A DNA stretch of 64,000 bases from contig CM082592.2 in assembly GCA_040954595.2 (NCBI GenBank), positions 10,128,631-10,192,630 on the forward strand, written 5' to 3'. Within the stretch, counting starts at the first letter, position 1; each line of letters opens with the position of its first letter. The stretch comes from Balanoglossus misakiensis (taxonomy: Eukaryota; Animalia; Hemichordata). Shown here in pieces: positions 13,223 through 27,900 of the stretch. The notes beneath the pieces are model-generated. The model ran no database searches, had not been told where the DNA came from, and saw only the letters and a program-made list of their open reading frames with translations. A program made the translations under genes and the position numbers.

Positions 13223-15945
13223 TCTTGACCCTATGGCCTTCTATCACTCATCTATAAAGACTTTGGCAGAGGTCAATATTGTGAAAATAATCAACATATC
13301 ATTGGCTGACTACTACGACAAGATATCACGAATGTGTTTGCTAACCATATAGCAAGGAAATACTGCAATGTTAAACAATATCCCTAGAAATCTCTGTTTC
13401 ATCGTGTACTCTACAGTATCACTCATAGTTTTCCTTTTTAACTCCCTTTCCCTGAACGTCCTAATCTTTGAATTGCTCCAAACATACTTTGCGAGAAAGA
13501 AGTTGCATGCGTCATATTAAAGGGAGCCCTCAATGGCTGAAGTGAGAAATGCATAAATTATGACAAATGCAAAGCGAGGTGATACTAGTATGTTGCACAT
13601 GGTGAAGTGATCAGTCATGATGAATGAGCAGGGGACAGGTTCATTGTGAATATTGATCTGATGGGGAGTGATGTTTGCCCAACACCTGTGACAGTCTGTC
13701 ACAAGTGAATGACCTTTGACATTGTCGGGTCACTTTGAAATTGTATCAGCATGTATATTACCTCCACAGAAAGTGAGGTTTTATATTACGAAAAGGGCTG
13801 GGAGCATGCAGGGGTGATGATTTCAGATAGATTTCAGATATGTATTGTGAGAAAGATATACTTTTTGTCTGTATATTGCAATAAATGTACATGGCATGTT
13901 ATTCAAACGCTTCACATCTCAAGACATAGTGACTTGCAGGTCTAAATCCACTGTTCCTGTCGAACAACTTACCATACTGGCACTTCGCATTTCTGTGAGA
14001 AACTGGATGCTTTATGATCAAGATGACCTCAATTCCAAAGCCTTAGCTTTAAATCAAAGCAGTGTCGCAGATGCGTTGATTGAGACAAGTTTATTGAACT
14101 TGACTGATAGGTAAGAAATATCAATATCATCCAGCCTGAGACTTGTTCAGTCACACTGAACTTAATACAAGTTTAATGTCATAATGGATCGTCGAACAGC
14201 ATGACTTATAGTTTGTGACTGTGTTTTGTTTGCACATATTACAGCAATGCATTGTGGGAAGTGTCACAGCAACACACTGACAAAATGATGTAGTATACTG
14301 CAATTAACATTTATTACCTAAATTTGTTTTTTTTTTAGGGAAAAAGCAAGTATCTACAATCAAATACCAACTCTTGTGTGACAAAAACGAAGACTGTAAA
14401 ATTGCACCTCTGTTGAAGCAGAAATGAAGTTCATGATCTTGACAAATTTTGCTCTGAACTTCAACGATGATTAATTATGGTAAGTATGTGTTATTACCCA
14501 ATTTCCTGTGGTTAATTGGCCCACTTCCTGTGTTGGGTCAGTCCACTGTTGTGGGGGGAAGTTTGCAAGGGTTGTGAGGGGATCAAGCTGGGTTCATTAT
14601 TGTGTTCTTGGAAAATGACAAAATGGATTGTACCATCCTTCAGAAAGGAGATTGATTTGTCTCAATCGGTTGAGAGAAAAATGTTTGTGATAGACGGACT
14701 TGGTGTAGTGAGATGGTAATCATGAGCACCATAATTATTTTCTGAAACATCTCGCCTTGCTAAATTTGCAAGGCTAGTAGAGATAAAGTGAGGGTGAGGG
14801 GGTAACTACCACAGCACAAAGACAAACCAACATCCACAACAACCACTAGTATATATTACTAATCTTTTCTAGAACTCAAGCACTTCTACAACTTACAAAC
14901 TTTCGTTTGTCTTTGAACTGAACTCTTTTCAAGATATCGATTTCTGAAAACCACTGTTGAGTGACATGCAGACAAGTTCATGGCCTCATGGAAATTTATA
15001 GTCAAAGTCACCTTGGTGCAACTATAAAAAATACCTGGTCTGTGATGGCGTTATACCACATGTACAGAAGCAAATCTTTTTAACATGATCATTTCAAAAA
15101 AAAGAAAAAAATAATACCAAATATTTCATATTTTTTACAATCCTATAGCATCTACTCGTATCATTGTACTCTTGATAGCTTTCATAAAAATTACAGAAAT
15201 AAATAGACATTCACAGGAACAACACCACAGTAGCTATACATGCATGGTGGTAGAACAGTCTGTACACATTTTACAACAGCTGAAAAATAGAAAAAAACCC
15301 ACCACACACACCAAATGATTTTGAATAGTACTGATGCAGAAGACAGAACAAGCAGGGGGTGCCACTCCAAGTCTGGAAAGAATGACCAAAAAATCTCCAT
15401 TTCTACAAGCTTCATATTTATGTCACTCTATCAACAAGCAACCCAAAACAGCACACCCCTATAAAATGTCTTTTTTTTCAATTTCTTTCATAGATTCTTT
15501 CGGAGTCCATGTGTACTTCCAGATCACTCCATTTCATGACAGAAGTTTTAGGTCTATACCAGGTGGGTGACAAATTCTTTGTAAATAAACATGTACTGTA
15601 TCCACTATTTTCCATACTGAGGTTCCAACCAGTATCATATTGTTTAGCTATTCACCCTGTCAAAAACTTTGGCTAGTACGTAACATTGTAAAAAGAAAAT
15701 TTCACACATGAAATTTTTTTTCCCAAAAATCAATTTGGCATTAAAATTCAACCTGAGCTGCGGAATACAATAAACCTCACCAAATAATTCTTGGGTGAAA
15801 AAAATGCTTTGCTACAAAACAAGAATTGAACGCTGAACAAAATCAATTAAGTTTATCAAATTTGGGCTATATTCCACGGGACATCTTGCAGATCTGAACT
15901 GGATAATCACCTTGCTTCCTGAGGCATTGTGTTCTTGAGGTTTTA

Positions 15946-16029
15946 CCCTTTTGCCACCAAGGTTCAGTCCTCTTCCATTGTTTTCAATGGAAAGTTGGAC
16001 CGCTACATTGAAACATGGGGGTGAAAGGG
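15946..16029. mobile_element. Short MITE-like element
   Basis: Imperfect terminal inverted repeats CCCTTTTGCCACC ... GGGGGTGAAAGGG. The internal GGTTCAGTCC..CCATTGTTTTCAATGG..GTTGGACC matches the copy at 44710 in reverse. Confidence 0.55.
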
Positions 16030-16544
16030 CCAGTGTTATAATCAAGGCAGGCATCATCCAAATAAAACACTAGTGACCCACTGATCAACTTTGACCTGTG
16101 ACCCTTACATTTTCTGTGATAGGACTACAAATGCACTGAAATAACTGCCACTGTGGGCTTTGTCTAGGGCTGAAAAATGAAGACATATTCTGAAAGTTCC
16201 TAGGAATGAAGTATCTCTCAAAAACATTCGAATAATTTCAAAATGAGAGTATAATTAAAGCAATTTGATGACGTTGCTGGCCATTTCTGGTCATTGTCAA
16301 TACACCGATTATGACAAATTGACCACGGGGGATTTGAGGGTTGCCATAGGGATGAAGGGTTCATGAAATGTAAAACACTTGAAAGTCATGGGTTTGGTGG
16401 GTTGACAACGGTTTATGTGGTAGATTAAAAAGCATGTCTGGATTTTGGTGGGATCCTCCACACAGAGAATATCACCTGACAGCCAGACGAAATATATACA
16501 ACAACTATGAAAGATGGAACATGCAAGCCTGAAAGCATACACAT

Positions 16545-19500
16545 CTACAAAACAACTTCGTTGCGTTGTCTTTGCTTTTTCAGTCCATCCATTCGCTTCT
16601 TTCTCTCCACCACTTTGTTGCCCATGGTCTGTTTGAGAGCCGGCAGACTGACGTGTTCCCTGGCTTGGAAGGCCGCTTCCGGCAGTTTCCGTGATTGGCC
16701 CTTCAGAGCAATTTTTGGCAATTTTCCAGACCTGAAAAACAATGATACAATGTTACATAATGACATATATCATCAGTCTTTGTGTTTTTTTCACCCAAGA
16801 GACAGATAATCTTTAATAACATGTACATCTTGTCAACAAGGTGTTCATAGACCTAGCTTCAGAATCAGATTGGTCATGGAGATACATGGATATGATTAGG
16901 ATTGTCAACACACAACATGATTAGATTTCATGTCTCTGAACTCCTGCCTAGTTGCCATGACAACTTACCCGTGAGGATTTTCTCCTTCTTCTGCGACATA
17001 GGCTTTCGCCAATAAATACGCATCAGGCGTCCATTTGTGTGAATATAGCACATCTTTCAGGTCAGCTTTGAGTCTCATTAGCTGTTGGGGCAGAAACAAA
17101 ATGACGATGTCAATTTCTAGATTCCATCGGAAGCACAATCAAGTTCTGAACACAGAAAGCACGCTGTCTTCACGCATTAGAGTTTGTCACCAAACGGAAA
17201 TCTGTTACAAAAAGCTGCGATTAATCTTCGCACCCTGACGAACCAAGCGATGACACACTTACCTCGTGTGATTGCTTGTCGTTCTGCCTCTGTAAATGCC
17301 TAATAATCAATTCGCATTCTTCTAACGTAGGTGGTCTGGGCATTCCCGCTTTGGGCCTGACTTGCAGGGGGTCCATGCTGGGGTTCAGTGCCTCCACTGC
17401 TATCTGCAGCTGTGACTGAGGACTGGTCTGTTGTGATACTTCAGTACTGGGAGGTCTGAGGCATCAAACACATGAAGTGCGTTTGTGAGAACACAGTTTT
17501 AATTGATTTGGTGCCTGGCTTTTGAAGCCTGGAAGCACCAAATAAATTCCAAGCATGGATATTCATACAGAGATGAGGAAATGGTGTAACTTGATGAGAA
17601 TATAATTTGATTTTTTCTCCTTTCAGAGAGAATGAGGCATTGGTTCATTTTATCTCATCTGCTGCAAAATAATCCATGCTCGGCATAACCAGAATCCTGT
17701 ACAGTTTGTTAGTGTTCACTATAAAGACCGCAAACACAGACACTGGTGTTAGGTGTTATATGACAAGACTAGCTCTTGTTGCTACAGGCAATGTTTCCAA
17801 GGGAATTAGTGAGGTGAGTCTGCTGGAATCAAAACTAATGACCTTATTTTCCCACAGGCTAGCACCTGCATTCAGCTACCTTAAATAATTGACACCCGAT
17901 TGTTAGTGATATCAAATTAACAGAGCATTGATCCCATTCAATTGGAAAGACTACACAGTACAGGTGTTAGATGAGATGGCTATGGGGACTGTCAACCATA
18001 ATAATGAAAACACAAATTATAATTTAGGAGGGCCTCAGAAAAAGAAATGGATGATGATATGAGACACCAGGGAACTAGGGGCATGCATGAGCAAGTCACC
18101 AACACAAAGACAAACCTTTGAAAAACCCAAACAGAACAAAAAAACAATTAAAAACAGTTGCAGGTTCAAGCATACCACAATGGAGGCACAAAGCTACCAG
18201 CTGAGACGATAGTGATAGTAACCACGACGGCGGTGACACACAATCTGGTTACCACGGTGATGTGATGAGACACAAGGGGGGTGGTGTTCCATACAGCAGC
18301 CTTGTCTAATCCACACATTGTGCATGCTTACCTCTTGTTTAAAGTTTGTTCAACTAGTTGTTGAAGGTAGGCATTTCTACTTCGGGCGTCCCGCAGTGCA
18401 TACCTCAAATTTTCCACTTCCTCTTCCAAAAACATTTTCTTCAGTTCGTCTAATTTTTGAGCTGGTTAATAAGAAAAAAAAATGGTGACGAGAAGTTGAA
18501 GGGAGGGTGTGACATGTTTTCTAAAAAGCTATCAGTGCACTGTGAAGTACAACATCTCAAAACAGTAATCATTAGTGGATGACCTGTTTTGATTATTTGG
18601 AACGAACTCTTGCAAAATCAGATGTTAATGTCTATAGTTTATAGTGGTTATGATACAAAGAGGTTGTAGACACTAGACAGCCTTGGTATCTATGTCAGAA
18701 ACCTTCCTATGAACTGTCAAGTGATGACTATTTGGCCATTTAGACTGTTCAAGGCAGCCTCCAGTTGTTTATTTAAGCAATAAAACACCCCCAGCCATGG
18801 TATACCACGAGATTTTCACCAGTTAACGACATATACGCACGAGCGATAGCGAGTGCGTATATGGAGTTGAACTGGTCAAAATCGAGTGGTATACCATGGC
18901 TGGGGGTGTTTTATTGCTATTATATTATGCCAGTATATTGAAACTTTGCATAAAACATTTTAAAAAGGCATTTTCTTTGACTATGATATATGACTGTGGT
19001 ATATGGCTAATATATCACGGTCACGTGTCGTGTCTCGACCAATCAAATAGCGTGATTTACACCATCAATATACTGGTATAATATAATTGTCAATAGCGCC
19101 TGTGATCTATTGATCCCTGCATAGCAATACACAATCACCCCCTCGCAGCTGGATAAATGACTATTTGATGATGCCCACAAATAAAACTGTCAAATGTATA
19201 GCACCCTGGTGATCAATCTTCAATGCTCACAATTCTCTGTGGGTTCAAACACCCACAGGTTATGGCAGCCTCCCAGGATTCAAGCTTTCAAATCACTTTG
19301 ACCTTCGACCTCACTATGTCAACTGACACGAAAAGCAATGACTTCCCGCCTAAACATGCCAGCTGTATGCAAGAATTCAGGTTTGCCTGGATAAAAAGCT
19401 TCATAGTCAAATGTTATCTAGCTGTCATTGTCAGATTTTGAAGCCCTGATAAAACTGACTACAAATACAGCCAATCAGTTACGATCTGAGCCATAACGTT

Positions 19501-22500
19501 CCAGTAGCAAGGTTATCATGGTTACACTTATGTCATAAGGTCACATGTTAGTGGACCGTTTACTAATTGTTTTGGCAGGCCTGGGTACAGATTACAGAGC
19601 AGCTAAAAAATGCAGCACTGTGTATTGATTTTCCACTTTGAGAACATAAAACTAGTGAACTTTTGTTAAAACCCTGGCGTACTGTGAGTAGCGAACAAAC
19701 ATAAAACTGAAATGAGAGATTTTCTCTCAGAAGTCTGACATCTGATTGTTTGAGATTCAAATAGCGTTGCACCTTTAATGTCAAAGGCTCAGACAGTGAA
19801 TTTGTCAATTTACCCATCATGCCCTGGGAATACTCAAAGAGAATACTGGTCTTACTTTCACCCAAAGACAATTGGGTCTTTTTCAGTTTGGGCAGCGCTT
19901 TCACACAAACGCTGACAAATCTGTCATGTCACTCGTGTTTAAGTTATGACTGGGAGCATTGAGTGTGAAAATTCAACACAGTAGCGTGAAAAGGCATGTG
20001 AAAACCTGTTCTATAGAATTCTAGGCTCTCACGCAACGCAGGGCTTCCTGTGGTAAAACGAAAACCTTCCAGATATGCCAACTCTTCGATGAGCATGAAA
20101 GCTGCATAATGTCAACCACCGGATGCACACATGGTCGGGCTTTTAACCACAAAATAAACAGTAATTACATCTGTGGTTTACCCACATTCAGGGAATTACA
20201 AGAGGCCAATGTTACCCCCCCCCCCCCCTCTGGCATACACTCCACTCTATAAATGGTGCTGTGAACAGAGTCAGATATAGAACAGTCAAATAACAAATCA
20301 TTTTGTCAACACTTTGCAACTTCAAATAGCACACTGTTGTGTTTACACAGTCAATATCCACTCAGACAGTATGTGCCCCCCCACTGGGAGTGAAAACTTT
20401 CCTTAATGACCAAGGCAAATATCTACTAACAAGGGTCTGCCTTTTGATCCAGTGCACATACCATTCTACGGTATATGGTAGTTGACCACAAATGCAACTT
20501 ACCTTGTGAATTATGACTACTGCTACTGCTGCTGTCTGCCTCTCTAGATAACATGGAAACGTCGCTTAATTCTGAGGAAGAAAGATGGAAAATACAAACC
20601 ATTTGGTTTATTGATTTACATATGAAATATTCCACTATGTACATTTCTTGAAAAGGTCGATAAGGACTATAAGCTGAAAGATCGCTTAGCACATAGCGCC
20701 AACCAAGTCATGCATGCTGGCATGACTATCTCTCGTATATCACCAGTTTACACTGCTCACAGTACTGTAAACTTTCAACACTTTACAAGGTTGATAAGAT
20801 AATGTACTGAACAGAGAATGAATACATGTCTGAATGCAGGCCTTTGAAAGTTATGCTAAGCTGTGGTACAATGTTCCCTATACAAAAAAAACATGGTGAG
20901 CCCCAGGCGATATTTTCAAAATGGCTGTGAATCTGTTCTTTGGACAACCTGACCTGGTTTTATTTAAATCAAACTCACCTTTCTTAGGGCTCAATCCTTT
21001 TGCCATTACCAGCTTGAAATGTAAATCTACATGGGGGAAAAAATCAGAAAAATAAATTGTAAAGATTAATTTACACTTAAGTTTGGCAGGTAGCACGTCC
21101 ACTATTTATTGCTCAGAAAAACTGGTATCCTTCCTAGGAGGTAGGGGCTAAACTTTTACTGTAAATATTTGTGTAGCAGGACTGTTGGTAGTACAGCTCA
21201 AACAAAACTTTGAAAAGTAGACTAAATCTAGACACTGTACCAACAAAGTTAGTCAAATATTACTGAAAAGTGTGTATGTTTGTTTCAACTGTTATGTAGT
21301 GTATTGCGTTCTGTCAAAGTAATGTTTGTACAAGTATATGGATTCATGATTTTTCACATTTTTTCATCCTGCTCTGAGACTTATTTTACCAAATTTACAA
21401 ACATAGATTTGTATCCCATTAATGAAATGAAGGAAAATTTCCTGGCATTGCACAGTAATCAGCTTAACCAAACAGGTTCATTGAAAACATGCCTAATCTT
21501 GCCCACTGAAAAGCGTAATGTTCTGTTCAGTACTATATATGTAAAACTTCCATCATGCACAAAGAGTTGGCTTATTAAGAGGCAGTGACACAGAAAGCTA
21601 CCCCCACTAGCATATTGAGAGGGACAGCAAAAAATACCTATTCACTGATTGTCGAGACTGTCATCACCATGCAGTGTGCTCATAGCAATTTCCACTCTGT
21701 TCAGACAGAGCCACAAAAGAGAAAACCACGCTACTCTACCCTGCAGCGCAAAGCATCTCTTATTAAACACGGGATGTTTCTGACAAAGTGGAATAGCATC
21801 TGTCAGGTCTAATCTCAGGGTTTGATGGGAGTCTGAGAGAAGGTTCAAAATTTACATACACTGCTGATTAGATTGTAATTAGTATTGTTCCATAACAAAA
21901 CAATAACACACAAACAGTTTCACACCTAAAGTCTTAGATTATGTGCTAAATAAATTGTCTAAATTAATTCATTCCAGAAGTAGGTGTTAAAACCTATATT
22001 TTGATAAAATGTAAATGACTCAAAATCAACAATTACATTCTTGACTGAGTTGATTGTTCAACATTGCTAATACAGTTATTATATTTCTGAAAGTTAATTT
22101 AGATAAACCTGCCTCTTTTGTATTTTCTACTTTCTTGACCTAGAAAAGTCTGATTTATGTGAGTTTTGTATTTCAAATAATTCCTACCCAGTGACACACA
22201 AAAGGGCAACACTTGAATATTTTATGAGTGGTGTTCAGGTAATAAATCATAAATACCAATATTAAATTCTATCCATGCGTGAATGGTCGTGCCTTTGGGC
22301 TTTGTCGAGGACTTGGTGTTAACAGAGTTAGGCTATAGCCTTTAGTATATAATAATTTTTTATCTGCTTTTATTTTGAAAATTGGCAAGATAATTTACCA
22401 AATGGACAAGCTACTTTTAAAACCATCATCACTATCCATAGCTTTTGTCATATATTAACAATTATTCTTCAATCTCACTATGAAGGGAATAGTAGAAGAT

Positions 22501-22841
22501 CTTCTGGATTTCAGTCAGATGAGCTATACTGTACCTTTGTTTTCTCTTTTTAGAATATCTATTTCTTCGTGAAGACTTCGGAGGACATCTTGGTGTTGCA
22601 TCTTTAGAAACTCCAGGCTCTTTTCGAGATGATGCATTTTTTGCATCGGGTCCATATCGCCTGTGTCCTGCAGGTCGAAGTCGTCGTATAAACCACCTTC
22701 CTTCTTTCCCGATGGTCCCGGCAGAACTTGCAGGCGATCTTTCATGAACGGTCGAGGGTACCTGGCTTTGTCCAGGGTTGCTATCCGCGACCAATGCGGC
22801 ATATTCTGCATGGGAGGCAGCGAGTAGCTTGAGGATGACAT
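16545..22841 (-). CDS. CCDC74: Coiled-coil domain-containing protein 74-like (CCDC74/CCDC92 family)
   Basis: LEKSLEFLKMQHQDVLRSLHEEIDILKRENK|DLHFKLVM (CCDC92/74 N-terminal motif), PTLEECELIIRHL and the C-terminal LPALKQTMGNKVVERKKRM...VL*. Exons are near 22534-22841, 20979-21026, 20502-20572, 18332-18461, 17262-17456, 16969-17082 and 16545-16731. Confidence 0.85.
18776..19087. mobile_element. Compound inverted-repeat (double hairpin) element in CCDC74 intron
   Basis: AGCAATAAAACACCCCCAGCCATGGTATACCAC (from 18776) is the reverse complement of the 33 nt ending at 18918, and pairing continues imperfectly to a central GAGCGATAGCG loop. Directly adjacent, 18919-18941 pairs with 19065-19087 (one mismatch in 23). 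Confidence 0.7.
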
Positions 22842-23550
22842 CGTATTTCGCGAGTAACACAAGACGTGTAACACTAGTAGCTTATTGCAGATCGAAATAC
22901 TTCACAGTGTTTTGATAATATTTATCGCTATAGGGCCATCTGGTACCCATATATAAGTTATAGTCAACGTCCAGGACGGGTGAATAACGCCTCACCTATG
23001 AATAAGAGATGGAGATTTCCCTAGGAAAAGCGACGAACGAAATTGACGATGGTATCACTTTACTCGTCGGTTTCTGTGTTGACAAAGGTGTGCTACAGTG
23101 TAGCAGAATATTATTGTGACAGTGACTAGTGTTACGGTCTTCAATGCAGTAACTTGAAAATCTATGGAACAACGAAACCTTTCCTGTTACTTTCACTTCT
23201 GAATCGCGATCGCGAATGGCGTGTGTGCGTGTTTAGTTTTTAAGTCTGGAAACCCATAGTTGGCACTGCAAACACTCGACAAGATGGCTTCCTTCATGTA
23301 TCCACAACAAACCTAATACGATGTACTCAGTCTCGGGTCAGGACGTCCTGGTACGCAAGTGGACTCTCCGAAGTGGTCAGCAGATACAACAATGAAGGCA
23401 AAGTTAAACCCTGTCCTACAAATAACGTCCGATTTGAGATCGCTGCCGTAATATCACAGGAATGGACCGGTACCCAGATAGCTCTTTCCTGAGGTTACAT
23501 ACTCTTTCACTGCAGCGTCTATGGTATGTGTCCACATATGCTAATGATAT

Positions 23551-23563
23551 GTTGCCATGTGAC
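23551..23563. promoter_or_regulatory. Candidate RFX X-box between divergent CCDC74 and KIAA0753
   Basis: GTTGCCATGTGAC resembles the X-box consensus GTTGCCATGGCAAC. Motif match only. Confidence 0.3.
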
Positions 23564-24954
23564 GATATTTGCATATTCTACGCCAAAAGTCACAGTTAAC
23601 CGTAGAGGGCGGCATAAACTCTCCATGAAGAGATCGATTTCGATGCCATGGCCACAGTACAAAACATGTTTCCCGATGTTTTGTTTTGTTCCCGATGTTT
23701 TATTTTGTTGGGTCTGATATGGCAATGGAGAACAATACTAGTATATTGGAACTGTAATGTAAATGAACCTACTGCACACTGCCCATTTAAAACTTCATCC
23801 AGAATACAAAGATAATTATCACCAGCAAACAACACATTTCCACATAGCCAGTTTACTAGTAATACTTTTCGATTTACCCTGTAAGTTGTACACATTAATG
23901 AATTAAGCCAACATCTTACAGACTAAAACAGCAACTGAAAAAGTGAAACAGCAAGTTGTCCCTGTCATAGCTGCTGTACTGATAGCATCTCTAATGAAAT
24001 GGCATAACTCCATCATTTTCCTGTCTAAATGTTCACATCATCATCACCACCATCTGTGGTCCACACCTTATGATCTTTTTGCATGTAGGTTTACCTTTAA
24101 AACAAAATATTTCAATGACAACTTGCAGTATTCTAAAATAAGGTCCTTTTAGATTGTGTATCCATAGTAACTTGAACTGAGTTCGGTCGGCGTCGCAAGA
24201 GTCACGTGAGACTTTTGTCATGTGACCAAATATTCAATATGGCGGACTGTTTGAAAGAGTACATTGCACCGAGAACGTGATATTTTCTGCCGTATCTGGT
24301 TTTAGGGGCTAGTGCTGGCTTTACTAAATGTCAAGTAAGTAAAATGCATGTATTAGCAGGCACTGAAAAAGTTATACGCGTTAGCTGTGGCAAATAATTG
24401 ATAATTTCACCATAATCACCTGTGTGGACCGACCGTAAATTTATGTGAAGTCTGAAGAAGTCATTGAGGACATGTCCCTGCACGTATCTTGTTGTGAGTC
24501 GTCGCCACACGAGCCTTGCAAATGGATTTATTCGATAATGAACCATTGGGACCCAACCAGTGGCCATGAATCAGGTTTATCTTAGCAGTAACTATCATCA
24601 ACGAGGATTTCATACGTCAGGACATGTAAAGAGTTGACGATACCGTTACATTATAATCGTCAGAATAACGTATGGACTGTCACTGTAACATGGTATGAAC
24701 TTCTCATAAAACAACATGTTCAGACGAAGATCTTCAGTTATGCTTCGGTTTAGTTCCGATGCGTGTAACCAAATAATGAATATGTGCTAGAAAAACACGA
24801 AAGCCAATTTTTCAGCTGAAATTGTCAAACTTGCAATTTAAAACTTTTTTAGGATATAAATCGCCTGAGTATATTTCAGCATGTTTATCAGTAAACTGTT
24901 GTTTTTAAATAATTGAAAAATAAGTTAATTGGAAGGACTTTTTTTCTTTCAGAG

Positions 24955-27900
24955 ATGGCTGGGGAATTTTTCTTGTCGCAAAATCAACTTGACTTTGGTG
25001 TTCCAAAACCAAACATGTATAAATCATATCAACAAGGTCCAATACAAAAATCACAAGGCATGGCCATGGATGATATCATTACTAAGCGAGCTGAGTATCG
25101 ACAGAATCAGTTACAGTTCAACCTGGATGCTCCTTCAGACCCTACAAACCTCGCAACAAGATACCTCAAGCCTGGGCCAATCACTGTGGAAAAATTGACC
25201 TCGCCACATAAGAGGAGGGTGGAAAAACCAAGGTTTAACCCGATGCAGTTTTCTGTCGTCTCAGAAGATAAGTTGTCTCTTGCCATGAGACTTGCTAAAA
25301 GGGACGTTAAGAGGAAATTGTTGAATCAGGGCTTCACCATATCTCAACCTCAAGAAACGGAAGTGCCAAAAAAGACAAAAGTGACATACAGCAAAGAATA
25401 TAAACAAAAGTTGAAACAGAGGAAAGAACGTGAGAACCTTAAAAACGCAGGAATGAGAATTGAAGAACGATACAGATCAGACGATGTGAAGTCGTCGGAA
25501 ACACAGACCTCAAGGCCGAGGGTCAAGGGGCGCCATTTGACATCAAGTATTGTTCAGGACAAGGCCTCAGAAGGAACTGTTCTTGTGCATATGAGGCACC
25601 CAGAAAATCAAGACATGGCAACCCCATCTAAGGATACTGACAGTCCTGCAACGAAACAAGCCAAAGAAATCCGAAGACTTAGAAAAGAATTGAGATACTA
25701 CATTGAAAGAATTGAACATCTTTCAAAAACAGGTAAAATGTACTTCCTTACAGTCTTACTCAGAATGGTATGGTGCCCATATGATTTAATTCATTCATTG
25801 AATTTAATGTAGTTTGACTAAGCTGTATACAAAATTGCATGAAAATGAATTTTTTCCATCTTCAATTCAGATAAGTCAGAAGTGGACCGAAAATATAAAT
25901 CTGAAAATCTCAAAACTGATGAGGAGGACAAGAGGAAGGAAGCTAGAGAACTGGAACAAGCCAGTAGAAATTCAAGGTTACTGTACGCTCTCCAACAACA
26001 AGTAAGAATTTGACCAATTTTATTTCACTTTTACAAGTGTCTCTGATGATCTCCAAATATTATTACTGAGAGAATAATTACCAAGATTTGCAGCTTTGAA
26101 AACTGAAGCAGTGTACATTGTGTGTTTAGTCATCTGTTACTGACTCATCCTTTCACACTCCACAGGTCCGTGACATTCAAGGAGAATTAGAGAACGCTGG
26201 TTCAGAGGGCACAAAGCATTCCAAGAAGGTAAGATATAGTCTACATTTCTTATGTCATGACATCTTTGGTCCAAGTGCCAGAGAAAGATATCTGACTCAC
26301 TCCAGTTGCCTGTCTGACTATGGACAAAGAAAACTAACACAGAGATCAAACAGGCACTAACTTTTGTACTGTAGAAACTGCATGTACTCCAACTAGCAGA
26401 TATTTCACTCCACAATTTGACACACTCTATTTTTCAGAGTCAGACGTTAACAAGACTGGCAGCAGCTCACAGGGGAGCCGTCAGAGCACTCCAGATGTTC
26501 ATTCAACACATGCCTGACCAACCAGACAGCAGGACAGGGTTGCCCAAAGTCTACAATGAACTGGCCACTTTGATTAAACAATTATCCATGGTGTGCGCCC
26601 AGCTTGAGATTGGCGAGAGCGGGGTTCCTGATATGGTGCTCAGGCTACCAAATGCAAAGGTGTGAATGTTTGCAGGAATTCACTGTTTTTTGCTCAATCG
26701 TTTGAAAAATGTCAAATTCTAATTCTGGATCTTTGATCTTGTACCTGGCATTAAAGGTTCTTGTGGATGCTCTCATCTTTCAGAAACAACATGAATTATT
26801 CAGTAAACAACTGAGGTCCCCACCAAGGAAGAAGGAGCTAATTCCGATGCTCTCAGCTCCACATCCCAAACATGGCTCCTCGAGACGGCAACTCCTGGGT
26901 GATTTCCAACACAGTGGCTTGGAAAGGAAACCTGAATTTGAGCCTTGGGACGATCGAAGAGAATGGGCACCAGAGAACGTAGGAGCTGCAAAGAAAACTA
27001 GAAGTAAGACATTTCTCTTCTGTATTTCATAATCTGCTAGCATTTATTTACATGCAGCTCATGCACAAGTCAACCATAACTCACTTCAGCCAGTCATCAA
27101 CATCAAAACATACATGGGCAAACCATATAGACATAAACACATCTGTAATCACAGAAAAATTGTTACACATTTTCTCCAGTGAAGGAAGCTGTTGTTTTTT
27201 TTTTGAGGGGCAGCAAAATTGTTGTAACCCACGTGTGACAGACTACTTCTTGTTTTCTATAGAGAAAAGCAAGAGATCTAAATCAGTTCCTGCTGTCAGG
27301 CAGAACACTATGCTGTATTCCACACCAGCTTACATGGCAAGTCATAGAGATGTGGAGAGGTTAAGGCAAACTACCAAACATAGAGGTTGGCATACTTCTA
27401 CTCTGATATTGTACAGGGAAATAATTCAACACTTCTGCGAATGCATTCATGAGTCTCACGGTTCAGTCGCATCTCCATAAATCACAAAATCGTGGCTTTT
27501 CTCATTTTTCATCACACTTCAGAAATCTACAAATCATTGCAAGCTGTTCACCTTCAGCTCATTGTCACTAATGGTAGTGTGATAAACAGCTGAATCACCA
27601 TGCTGTGTTGCTCACTCAAATAGTACCACAGTTAATTTTGCTATTTACTCAGTAACTAAAAATGTTCCCTCCCCCACCCACCCGTGTCCCCCCCCCTTCC
27701 CCAACCCACCCGTGTACAATTGCAGGTGATTCTCTGAACAGTCCAGAGAGGGAATCAGCTCTCAGAGCCGGTATAGTGGCATTGTTAAAAGCAGCTGAAG
27801 ACTCGGAAAGAAAACCACCACCACCTCACACAAAACCAAGACAGACACACCCTAAACACGTCACATATCAAACACAGCCTCCCGTCAAATCTTCGAGACC

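Noticed and set aside
18196-18330. Coding-looking stretch (MEHHPPCVSSHHRG...) next to a CCDC74 exon as an alternative exon
   Set aside because: In-frame inclusion would need an intron of only ~26 nt, and reading through the donor hits TAA at once.
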